Shown here piece by piece: positions 27,214 through 39,900 of a DNA stretch of 64,000 nucleotides. The stretch is from NCBI GenBank assembly GCA_035510735.1, contig DATKGN010000008.1:76466-140465 (forward strand), in the 5' to 3' direction. A program made the translations under genes and the position numbers. The stretch's first letter is position 1; every line of letters starts with the position of its first letter. The stretch is from Patescibacteria group bacterium. Lineage in GTDB: Bacteria; Patescibacteriota; Microgenomatia; UBA10105; UBA927. The notes under the pieces were generated by a model. It worked only from the letters and a program-made list of their open reading frames with translations, did not search any database and had not been told where the DNA came from.

Positions 27214-27901
27214 ACATAATAGGTACATTCGCCCAAGGCACGAGCTTCTCCGTATCATCATACTTCCCGTTATTATTCGCATCCTGGTACAAACGGATGA
27301 CGACAACTGCCTGACTCGTATTCCCCGGCATAATAGGGCTTGTTGGTTTATTCATGACCCAGGCAACAATTGAAGTCCACACATGAGTAACGGTCGATTG
27401 AAAACTTTTCCAGGAAAAGGCGGCAGATCGATATGCCACCCGACCGCCACCACTTGTTAATTTCATGGCAATATCAACGGTATTGATGCTCATCGCGCTC
27501 AGGGCCATCGTCCGCGAGGGCAATGTCATTGTCACACCTGCGACCGGCTGGGAAGCGATAGTATAGGTACCCGCAGGCACTTGCCCGATCGCGGTTCCGG
27601 TTATACCGGTCATCCCTTTGTAGCCGGTCCCGCTTAGGGTAATTGTACCGATAGATTCAACCATCCCGGCGGTTTGGGCCTTAAAAACGATATCGATAAG
27701 CTGCTGCGGAGTTAAATTTGCGGCATTGCTCGCCGTAATCGATTGGTTGGCCGACGCTTCTTCCTGAGCGATCGAATACAGAAGCGGGCTCACGGACTGA
27801 AGATCTGCGGCTTTTACCGTTTGAGCGCCATGGGGAGCTAAAAATAATAAAAACAGGATACCGAATCCAAACAGTACGAATAATTTCTTTATCGATTTCA
27901 T
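27194..27901 (-). CDS. Small secreted/exported protein, unknown function, immediately downstream of the giant gene and co-oriented with it
   Basis: Start chosen at MKSIKKLFVLFGFGILFLLFLAPHGAQTVKA (signal peptide), preceded by agaggaa 5 nt upstream. It lies 48 nt after the giant gene stop. Its 3' end overlaps the convergent 24499..27213 gene by 20 nt. Confidence 0.65.
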   Translation of the reverse strand: MKSIKKLFVLFGFGILFLLFLAPHGAQTVKAADLQSVSPLLYSIAQEEASANQSITASNAANLTPQQLIDIVFKAQTAGMVESIGTITLSGTGYKGMTGITGTAIGQVPAGTYTIASQPVAGVTMTLPSRTMALSAMSINTVDIAMKLTSGGGRVAYRSAAFSWKSFQSTVTHVWTSIVAWVMNKPTSPIMPGNTSQAVVVIRLYQDANNNGKYDDTEKLVPWANVPIMFTRVSP

Positions 27902-27949
27902 AGTTCCTCTATTCATCATGCCAGGCTAATTCATATTTATCAACCAACA

Positions 27950-30900
27950 TTATTGCGCCCTCATACTATTTGGCATTACCTGCTTTCCGCACATTTTTTC
28001 CAGCTGTGGATTTGAACTATGTGAATCAAGCAACCTGTTCACCGTATATAAATCGTTTATTGCATAATAATCCGTCTCCAACTTGCGTAATCCCTGATAA
28101 CTTAATTCACCTGGATCGAAATATAGCTTCTGTATAAGGAAACTAACGACGTCGGGTGATACTTTATCCAGCAATGCAGACATCGTTACCACATGATATG
28201 GTGATCCCATACGGTCGCTCAAATTATAATCATAGTAGATATTATCAAGAAGACTCATGGAATTTGCATCACCGTTGTGAATGGCTGCATAAACCTCAGG
28301 ATGAGCCTGAACCAAAAGCTGGTTATAAGGCAGCGAGGTTGAAAACGTATCAAGAATATTTTTACTCATCCAATATTCATTCATATAATTATTCATCGTC
28401 TCATCGCTGGTGCCCCATTCACGTTCCCGGGCGGCATACTTATAAAAATCGGCTAAATCTGCCACACTGGCATTTATATTGCCATTATCTTGTTCTAAAA
28501 ACAGTTCAAGAACATGAGAGGATGAGGTTGGCGCACCGCTTGTTTGAGACTCTTGTTCTATAAAGGAGGAGAGCATATCAAAATAATTGCGTCTCTGATC
28601 CGTAAGATCGGTAAAATGCCCGCTTCCCTGCATCCCATATAATAATCTTCCTAAATCATGAGAACCGTTAGATTTTGCTAAATATAACAATCCCATAAAA
28701 TTACTAGGACTCGTCTTACCTAAATACATATCAGCATTTGCGCTCATTAAATTCGTTTTATACTGCAGGATACTTGCTAAATATTCCGGCGATACGGTAT
28801 CAATCGGATTTTGATTTTTTAGGTCTGAAGGGGAAATATCAATGGATTTCGTAACGAATGAATAAAAATCACTTGTTGAAGTATAGCCGCCGGAACGGTT
28901 CCAATAAACGGCATTTCCTGGATGTGCTTCTTTATACAAATTAATGGAATCCTGTATCGTTTGTGAAAACGGCTGATAATATTTATTCGTCACTGCCGGA
29001 ATGTTTCCCGGCCGTATCACATTATATGCATTTGCAATTACATCAATTGGAAGCGCCAGGAGTGACGGCAAATGCCCGATTCCACTTAATATATCAGATA
29101 TTGCGGGCTGCGCGTTACATTGCAGTGCATCAGATCTGGTTAATAAAAGGAGTAAAAACGCTAATGAGAGTCGTTTACGGCGCTCATCACCTGGCCCTCC
29201 AAATTCTTTTGTCATAAAACCCCGGACATCATCCGAATAATGTTTTATCCAAATAAAGTTCCCTATCCCACCTAACCCTGATGTAGCTTTGAACCCGACC
29301 CGAATGGATATTGAACAGTTTGTCCCAACACTCGTTCCATCCTGGGCATACACGCGGGAGACAAGAGGGTTATAGGAAAAACAATCAGGATTATTTACTT
29401 TACTCAAAAAGCTCTTCACTTTTTCCCACACTCTCTGGTACCATGGAGGCTGAGTAGCCGGCGGAACGTAATTGTTCGGCGCTAATGAAAATCCGGAAAA
29501 CTTAGATTGCACACCGCCCGGACCGGACATGGTATATGGTTCGTTGTTTTCCTGTACGAATCGGAGTCCCTGCGCAGTGAAGCGCCAGAAAGGTTCAGGG
29601 TGTTTTAGTTTTTCCGTACCTATCGGAATGTGATAATCCAAGTAACCAATCCGTATAAGTACGGCAAATAGGACATTATTCGGTTCTAACGTAAATACCG
29701 CACCCTCTTTCATAACAGAGCTAACATACAGATTCATCATGCTTATATCTGACTCACTTCTTTCAATACCAAACCCTTTGGGACCCAGGTCAGCTGCTAT
29801 TTTACCGATTGCCGACACTGCATTGACGATGTATGCGCTTGCCATATCACGGGCATCGGATTGATTCACAGCCCCGTACATCTCTGATGTTGAATATCTC
29901 GGATCAATAATAAAGTGACTAAGCTCTTGAACTTCGACATCAGATAACATTGGTCTTACGGCATCAATCAATGTGCGAAACGTCGTATGACCATGGAGGG
30001 GTTCAAAGACGTTAAGATTTCCCAGATTAGAAGCAGGGATACCCGCGGGCATGATTCCAATCCGGTTGATACCTTTCCAAAATTCTTGTAAGAGTTCCCT
30101 TATTCCGTATGTTGTAGTAGACGGATTAATCGGTTGCGCCGAATTTTGCACATTTAACGGAACGAGCGGAGCCACCAGGGCTTGTGTATAAATACGCTCC
30201 CGTTCGATCGCCCATTGTTCGTCTTCCGGTACAAAACCGCGGAATTGACCGCTCGTCATATAGGCATTCAAGAGCAACGTTATTTGTTCATTGGTCAACA
30301 CGCCCGTTTTCTCGAAGATCCGACGCAACGTTCCGGTCAAAAAGCCTGGGTGTCTATCTTTTTTCACAGGATCGATACTTAAGAGCCAATTTTCTAAACC
30401 GGACGTCGGATTATCTATTCCTGTCCGATAATCAAGAAGGAGAAATTTTTCCCAAAGCGAAAAATTTGAAAGATCGGCGCGGGATAATTTTATGGTCGCA
30501 TCATCAGATGTTGCGTAATTTTCCGCAGCGCTCCTCGGGATACCGGAAAGTAACGCCAAGCGGATGGTGTGAAGCCTATCATAGCTGGTAGATGTATCCC
30601 ATTCACTAGGATTGTCCGTAAGCCACTCTTTTGGATCCGCAAGCGATTCCTCAGGGAAAACTCCTGTATTTGCCGGTGCGCGGATAACCTTTCCTGCTGC
30701 TTGAAAATTCAGAAGCGAATATTGTCCGTTTGCGTGCCGCACAACTCCATAGGTCGGATTCTTCCCTATTGCAGCAATAAGTAGCGCTCTATCCTCCGAT
30801 GAAAGCTTATTCATCCAGATGGTAAATTGTGTACTATCTTCAGGGTAATAACCGGCGTAGACTTTACGGACATTGTCAGTTTTCGTAATGACACTCTTTA

Positions 30901-33900
30901 CCTCGTCGGGCAAGCGGGAAAGAAGCTGATCATACGCACGTAAACCCTCCTTGGCATTTGCCAAATCTATGGGCAACGCGGACACATCCACTCCTCCAGA
31001 TGACTTTGGCGCGGGTGAAGGTTGGCTTGAATTAGGAAGTATAATTCGCAAGCCTCCCAGTACCCCACGCCGCCACCACGGAAGCCGTATGATAAGACTA
31101 CCTAGATACCGCTCCCATGATTGATATTTTGCAACATCGGTAGTTGTCGTGATTGGCGCTGTCGGGGTCAGTTTCATGAGCTGGGTCATCTCCGTATTGG
31201 TCACGCCATATTGCTGAATTAACCGAAGCGCTCCTCGGGTATCAGATGGATCAAGTCGTCCGCGCAAGTATTCCCATTCGTACGGCTCGCGTGCAAGTGG
31301 CGTACCGATCACATCAAAGAAGTATGCGCGCGTCTGTCGGGCATCATCCAATGCATTTGCCGTATCCAATGTACTGATAACCCCCTCAAGCCGGCTTAGA
31401 TTTACAGCGTCTGATTGATCCAAGCCGGTTGGCACCAGATCCATAATCGCTGAGGACACCGTCGGGCGGACGAGATATTTCTTCCCTCCTTTTTCAATAT
31501 ACGGAAGCTGGGTTAAGAAATACGACCGTAATTCTTCCAAATCACGTGCCTGACTCGCGTCCAAAAGTACGTACATATCGTTCGCTGCCTCGCGTTTTAT
31601 GAAAATATTTTTTACCCCCCACCGGTGGAAGAGAAATTGGGCATATTTTTCAAACTGCATCTGTATCACTTCGTCCCCTGCAGCATCCCCAAAATCGGTA
31701 TTAAAAGGCTTTATGAGCTGTCCGATGCTGAGGCGTACTACCAACAGTTTTGTCGGATGGGTGGCAATGCGGGATGATAAAATAGCATCAAACCGATCCG
31801 CAAACGCGGTAACGGTGACTGACTGGTCGCCCGACTCCGCGCGGAATGATTTTTCAAGATCCTGTGCTTTTTTATCCAGTACATCATCAACCAAAATTGA
31901 AGCCGCCAGTTGCTTAAGAAAATCCCGTATCGTCGGCCCGCCAAACGTTGATCCCATCTTCTGCTGTATCTCATCTGTGAGGAGGGTAAACAAACTATGC
32001 TGCTTTCCGATGCGATCAAGATCGGCAGGCGTATACGGCCAAGCTCTCTGGTCGGGCTGCAACACTTTTTCCATCGTCGTTAAGTCAGCTAAGCCCACCC
32101 CGTCTTCATCTTGAGGCGCCGGCACATACGGTGCAAAATGAACATCTATGGGTTTTTTGACAACGTTACCCCCTTCACGATACAACATCGGAAGGAGTTT
32201 CAATTGCTCGGTAACACTAGCCTCAACCTCCGCTGTAGACGTATTCTCCGGCCCGATGATGCCGTACGTATCGCCCTTGAGACGGACGATAGAAAAACCC
32301 GGACCTAGCGCTTTTTGTATGCCGTAGACGATAAGCCGAAGCGCATAATTCCCAAGCACACTCTGCCCGCCGTTGGCGTTCATCACCTGATTGATACTAT
32401 AAATCGTTTTGCCATCGATCGTGGTTATTATCTGTTTACCGGGCCCAAGAACAATCGGCAATGAACTCGAGCGCCATACTGGTTGCGGTATGCCGTCGGC
32501 ATCGTCAAGCATCTGCAGGAAGGCAGCGTCGACGAGTGGTCTTGCATCCGGCGGAAAATCCTCAATCGTCAGATGTGCAATCGATTGTTGGTGGAGCCGG
32601 TCGTAAAATCGTTCCGTGAAGAACGACAGGATGTCTGGGTGAGAGACCAGTTGCGCCACAATGCTTTGCCGCATCATTACGCGCGTCTTATCATCTAGAT
32701 ATGCATAATTGTTCAAAAATCCGTCAGCAATCGCCTCTGCCACCTGTCTTTGTTGCTCTACCAGAACGAGAGCTGCTTTCGGATCGGTATTTTGCGGTGG
32801 TGTGGGCGGATTAGATCGAGCTGGATTTTGAAACGGACCTGGTTGAACGATCGTCCTTGCGCCCGCAAACGTTAAACTGTTTTGCACGCTTTCCGGCACT
32901 ATTGACTGTACTAATGCCGACGTGCGATCGAAGAGATATTGCCACGTGCCGGGTTGAGTAAGAGCATATATTGAAGATGTAGCCACCCGCGGTAAACCTG
33001 GTATCCATGTCCAAAGTGGCGCGATCCAGTTTCCTAAAAATAAAAGACTATGTTGGACGAACGGAATCGCGCCGAAACCGAAATTCGCCCCTCCCGCCGG
33101 ATAGAGCACATCTAAATCATCGACCGATTTACTGATAAGGGTTATTAAATCCGCAACAGCCGCCACTTGTTGGTCCTTGGTAAATGCGTTGTATCTGGCG
33201 GGGTTGTTATCGACGATAAATTGCAGCACCTCGTCCTGGACTGATCCGGCAGGGAGAATGGACAATAGTTCATTTGCCACGCTTTGCATCTTCGTAATAT
33301 TCAGCTTTGAGCTCGTCATCGTCTGCAGGAACAGCGGAAACAGTTTGTCTCCTTCGAATCGGTATATATCTCGTAGGGTTGCGTTGACACCGGCCCTAAA
33401 GCCCTCTCGCTCAACGCGTAGTTCAAACGGATCTTCAAGTGTCGGCCACGAAAGATAATCTTGAATATCTGTACCCGCGTTTTCAAATTCTTTCTTCTTA
33501 TCCGGCACGATTTCCTGTGCTCGCAGTAATACGTTTTTAGCCCGATTACTTAGACTCGACATCGCCGTCGCATCCTCGGGAATTATGTTATAGCCTGCGC
33601 CCGAGAATATATTTCCGAATGCCGCCTGCTTTTCAGATTGGATTTGCGCTTCGGTAACATCGCGGAATGCTGCGACCGTAACTCTTCTCCCCTCATCCAT
33701 TGCAATATATTTAAGCGCTAACTCAGCTAAACCCTGTAATTCCCTTACTCTTTGTAATTTCTGACTATCATTTAAATCGCTATAGGGCCTTATTTTATAA
33801 CTTTCGAGTACATTATTTATATTTGTTTGAAAATCCTGAGGGTACTGTGGCAACTCAAATGATAAGGCAACGTACATGTTGGTCACAATTTGCGGATCTA

Positions 33901-36900
33901 TTGATGGTGAATTTATATACGCGCGGATCGTCTGAATAATAGATTGTGCCGTTTCCGTATTATTTTCAGGTAGGAGAGGCGGGATCTTCGGTGCGGCGAT
34001 GGGCTGCGGTTTGACGGGCTGCGGCGCATTCCCAACCGCACCCGGAACAAGGTCCTTGCCGTCTACGAGCATCACAGCGTTATTCAGATCATACTTTCGA
34101 GCCCAAATGTCACCGACAAGAATTGATTCGGTCGTAGGAACGCGTATTTGAGGATCTAGAATTGCCATAAATTGACTGACATGGCCAACCGACTTCCCCT
34201 CCTCGGTTATCACACCATACCAACCGGCGAGTGGAAGCTCCATTTCTTTCTTCTTTCCAAGGCGCCCATTTATGATTTCCGTCGCCATTATCTTTTGTCC
34301 GGGCGTGAGTGTAATACAGGGGAGTTTACCGTTCTGGGCAAAAACGGATGGAATCAGTCCAATTGGGGTATCACAACCGACAGTTGCTGTGGTATTTGTT
34401 TGAGCTTGAAGCGCCGCTTTCTTCTCTTCAGCGGCTCGTTTTTGTACGTATGTTTCAAAGTCAAAATATTGTGCAAAATTATAGTCGTTATCAGCGGCTT
34501 GACCGGCTACGGCGAGCATATTTGTATTACCCCAGTCAAAAATGACAAGCGTCCCATCATCCTGGTATCCCATCTGGTCCAGGCGTACATCACCGGCTTT
34601 TAGCGTATTACCCATAAAATCCAAAAGCTCCCGTACCCGCACAATATCTTCTTCCTTACGGATGCCGTATGGTAAGAGTAATGCTTTAATTTCCTGATCT
34701 GCTATGGCAGCATCGGGTACATACCTATGAACATCTGCGATGGACTTCACAAGCTCGTCTATGGGTCCAAACGATTTCAAAGGCACTACCCGGGCTTCCC
34801 TGATATACTTCGTATCTGCGGTTGTATCTGCCACCATGCCCCATCCGGTCACCCTGGCCAGGTTCTTGCGAAATTGCGGGAAAAATAGCCATATATACGC
34901 CTCCGTTATCGTTTCTACACTGGTATCAACCTTTATAACTTCTGCGTTTTTCAAATCATATGTTTGACGACCCGAAGTAGCGGGCGATAATCGGGCAAGT
35001 GGAACAGAGTCATAATACAATTGGTTACTTCGCTGAGTCGCACTATGGACGTCGGGTTGGATATAGAGAGTAACAAGTTGATCAATAGTCTGCCGAATAG
35101 ATTGTTTCGCCTGTTCGTCAAGTCCCTGATGACTTGCGACCATGAGCGCATCCAAAAATGCCGAAGAGGAAAGGGTAACACTCGAAGGCGCATTCGTTAT
35201 AACTGGAACAACATGCATGGTTTGGTTTGCGTCTATATTGACGCGCCAAAAGCCCGACGGCGTCTCAATCAAATCGTTATTCTTTATATGGATTGGTTCT
35301 GATGTATGGGTAATAACCGGAACCCCGTTTATCCAAACATCCTTACTTCGTTGAGTCGAGGATATTATCCAATCTGCCTTCTTACCGGCCCCGACATAGT
35401 CCGTCTGAAGCAAATATCCAGGCTCAACATATGGACGTATTTCTGTTAATTGGCTATTTAGCCAATACTGACCGTCTGCAAAAATCTTGGTTTGCCGTTT
35501 GGGGTCAGGCTTATCGGCAAGCACTGGAGGCTGATTCTGAGCTTGGCCCCCTACGACATCTTCCCCCCACACCTGTATGATGGGTTGGTTGGATAATCCC
35601 GAAGAAATATCAATTTGTTCATCAGCGGCAACGGTGGGCTGGGTTCCGAATCTCCAGGCGAACCAATTCTTTACCTTGTCCCCTACTTTCCACCATCGAC
35701 CCGCGATCGGAACGGTCATGTCGGTTGCTGTAGGGGCAACAACGCCGTTTTGATCGATCGCATAGGCTTTATACCTATTCCCAGGCTTAAGCGCACAGGA
35801 TGGCGTTTGGGCAAATACGACACCGAAAAGGTTGAATGAGAAGGGCGAACAATTACCTAACGCACTCTGATCTGTTATGGTTGACGAAAACCATGGTAAC
35901 TTATTTTCAGAAACTTTAATCCACCCCCGAAGCTCCTGATCGTCTTTCAATGGACCGGTTTGTGTATCACTCCACTCCCACCTCCGAACCGAAAAGTCTA
36001 AAAATGGGGTTAATCGGTATATCAGGCGCTTTATTGATGTTAATACACGCACTACCGGATTTTGCTGGGCTAAGTTATCAACGATTCGAATGGCATGCGC
36101 CGACGGATACAAGACAATAATTTGATTTGTATCCGTACTTCCGGGAGTGGCTTCAAACTCTTTAGTTGCTAGAGCAATACCTTCAGCAGCAAATATACGC
36201 CGGGCGTCTTCCAAATGGGTCAATATTGCTTCATACCAATGAATATTATTTGGATCGAATGCGCCAACTCCGAAGATAACCATTGCTTTCACAATCACAA
36301 AATGAAGTGCGTGGAACTGAACGAGTGGACTGACTAAACCAGTAAACACTACGTCGCGCAAGAAGCTAATTGACGGAAGAAGATAACGTGCCAAGGTCAC
36401 ACCTGTAGTTAATACGCCAATATCATCTCCCCTCATAGCCATATAAAGGGGTTTATTGGCAATATCTGTAGCCAGAAGTGGTTTATGAACATCTCGGGCT
36501 ATATTTGAAACAGACCGATCAAAACGAAAACGTGAATCCTCAACCAGGGCTGAGCCATATATCGACTGAACAAGGCCTGTTTGCAAGCTTGGTAATACGT
36601 CCGGCCCCACATATTCATCCACAATAGCTTTTGTACGTTGGTTACGTATATACGCCTCGATAATAGGATCAACAAAACTCCCATACGTGTCATGATTCGC
36701 GCTAATCACTGTTACATCCACCCCATTTATGGTTACAATCTGAACTTTATCGCGTATAAACTGTTCTAGATCTGCTTCGGTGAATTTTCCCTGCGATAAT
36801 TCGATCGCAAAATCATGTTTAGCTTTATCGAGAATCTGTTGATATTCGAGTGCTCCGGGAGATCGTTTAAGCAGTTGACCTGGAACAACCCTCCCGGGAA

Positions 36901-39900
36901 TCTGTTTCAAGGTTTCAGGAGCACCAACTGCCTCAAGTGCAACATTAGCTACTAATTCTGGCCGTATATAGAGATTTTGACTTTCAGCCGCACCGTAAAA
37001 CTTCTTAGTAAATGTAAACACTGCTTTCCGCAAATCAGAATACTCCGGGGAATTTGCAACATCAATTCTCGTGACGAACGAATGGTTTGCTACAGCATTT
37101 GCTAGTTTACTCAACGCGGATACCATTGCTTTTCCCGTTGAATCATCTAAATATTCTGGATCGATTTTTTTGCTATCAGGATCATCTATCACATCTGCCG
37201 CAGTCAATTGTTCCCTAAGTAAATTTTGGTCAATAACGTTGGTTTGAGACGTAGATAGAAGAGGTAAATGCTGATATCGCGTAACAATTGTAGTAACGAC
37301 CAAGGATATAACGATTTCCATTTGGTCCGGCGGTCCTCGCTCCGTATCCGACATGAGACCATATTGATTTTCAACTATCCGTCGAACTTCTTGAGGTGCA
37401 TTCACAGAGGTAAAATCAATTTGATCAAGTTCGGTTATACGTTTTGTTAACACAGCCTGTTGAACCACCTGAACCGGATCTTGAACCTGCGGTTTGGGTT
37501 GGATTTGAGAAATTGCTCGCACTGGTTCTTGACCCGTCCCCAAATCTCCTCCATCCACCTGCATAATTGGTTGATTGGATAATCCTGAGGAAATGTCAAT
37601 TTGTTCATCAGCGGCAACGGTGGGCTGGGTTCCGAATCTCCAGGCGAACCAATTCTTTACCTTGTCCCCTACTTTCCACCATCGTCCCGCGATAGGAACG
37701 GTCATCATTGTCCCCGTCGGGGCAACCGTGCCATCCTGATCGATTGCATGGGCTTTATACCTACCCCCCGGCTGAAGCGCACACGATGGCGTTTGGGCAA
37801 AAACAAGGCCGAAGAAGCTTTCAGTTGGAATACATGAGTCATTACTCAGCGCATGCCTTGCAAAGATAGCTTTCAATCTCCTCATTTTTAAAGGACTCCA
37901 CTGACTACTGTTAAGAATATTCCACACTTCATTTGAGTCATCTCCAACAACCCGTTCAAGTAATTGGAAAAAATCAGCCTCGTGACCCGGTGCAGCAAAA
38001 TATGAATGGCCAAAGGCAATCTGAGCGCTTCCGGGCGGCAATCCCGCAAGCTGATCAACCGAAGTCAGTACGTATTCAATTGGACCATGACTTCGAAAAT
38101 ACCCGACAATAACTGACTCTAAATGAAGTAATATATAGCTTACCTTTTTATATAAAGAAGCATGTTGGACTGCTTCCTCATGGAAATAATCCGTAAAGGT
38201 CTCATTTGGTAAATTATTAGTAAAATTTATCCGAAATTGATTACTTACTACACTTGCATGTGTAAGCTCGTGTTGAATGGCTGCTGGAATGGTAAAAGGT
38301 TGTATCCCTAATAATACAGTATCTGGTATCAATGTAAGTGGATTCGGGGGGGCTCGAAAGGCATAAAAATATAAAAAGGCAGTAGCTGGGAAAATACTTA
38401 CCCTAACTGCCCCACTCGAATTATTGCTATACCCACTCATCAAAGACGTCAGAAAAAATATGGGAATGTAAAGTACGCGATATTTTGTTTTTTCCCAAAA
38501 CGTTGATGAATTATCCCGAGCTATAGTATTTTCCAGTGTCCTATGAAACATAGAAATAGTTTTCACTACAAAACTAATTGGGTCATCGATAGTGGCAGTC
38601 CGAATAATTGTAGGGAGCAGCAATTTGGGCAACCCATATTTCCTCTGCGCGCCAATAAAATCCGAGTACGCTTCCCGACGATATAATCCGGATATTAATC
38701 CGCTACTTCGCAGATCATTATTGATCACATCCGTTGGAACTCCTTCTTGTGCGGCAACCCATCCATCCATAATTCGCTGATCGAATCGCTCATATATTTC
38801 TATTTCCTTCCTTTGATCTTCGGTAACATATTGCGCGCCGTACCACTTTGTTGTCATACGAGTTGAGATCAGACTCTGATCAATCCACGGAATGAGAGAC
38901 TTATATTTCTCCATTTCCCGTCTTAATGTATCTTTTTCCGCTTGAGTCCTTGGTGTTACCTTTTGTGTTTGATTTAATATAGTTATCAACTCATCAATCG
39001 TTGGCCTCTCAGTTTCTGGACTGACTTCTGTGGCCACGCTATTACGCAATACAGTTTCAAGGTGAGATTGCTGATGAGGTATAACAGGAAAACCCTCTAA
39101 TAGACTTGTCAGATTTATTAGTTCCGGTGTCATTTTCGCAGCGAACATTATTTTGGCTATTTCTTGTTCGATGGTTCTCGTCGGGCTTGAAGCTAATCCC
39201 GAAGGAAATAATGCTGAATTCTCTTCAATTACGGCCGTTACCGCTTTTATGTTAACCAAAATATATGTTCCTTTACTGCTTGTTAATAACAATACTCCTA
39301 AATATTTTTTGAAATATGATTGTAATTGTTGAAGCTGATCTTGAGAAAAATCAATGGAGTTATTCATATATCCGACAGGAATTAATCCTGTAGCGACACG
39401 TATAAATGTGGTGTAATCTAATGACTTGCGGGTTTCCAATGGAAGTGAATCAAGTAATTGTTGAAATGATTGTAAACCCTGCATGACACTTTCTTCGGTT
39501 ATATATTTCGGTTTTACACCGCTTTTTTGAAACTCCGACACCGCGTTTTGGACAGAATTTTCTACAATAGACCAATCTATATAATCTGATGAATTTTCTT
39601 TTGTCGATGTTGTATTAGGTTGCGCTTCGGCGGTTATTCCGGAGGCATCTATCGCGGTGATGATAGGTGCATCCATCGCAGCCTCAACTATCGGTTCCGC
39701 CGCATCAATAATGTGTCCGACAACACAGCCTGCACCACCCACCGTGCCTCCCGCCGCATATACCGCCGGAACGAGATGCATCGCACCAACGCCGCACGCT
39801 TGCCGCCTAATAGCTTTGGCTTTTTGTCTTATATAATCTTTTGCCGGAAGCGCTACGTTACGAAGTGGTTGTCCTGCACGAACTGCGGCAAGGGCAATAG

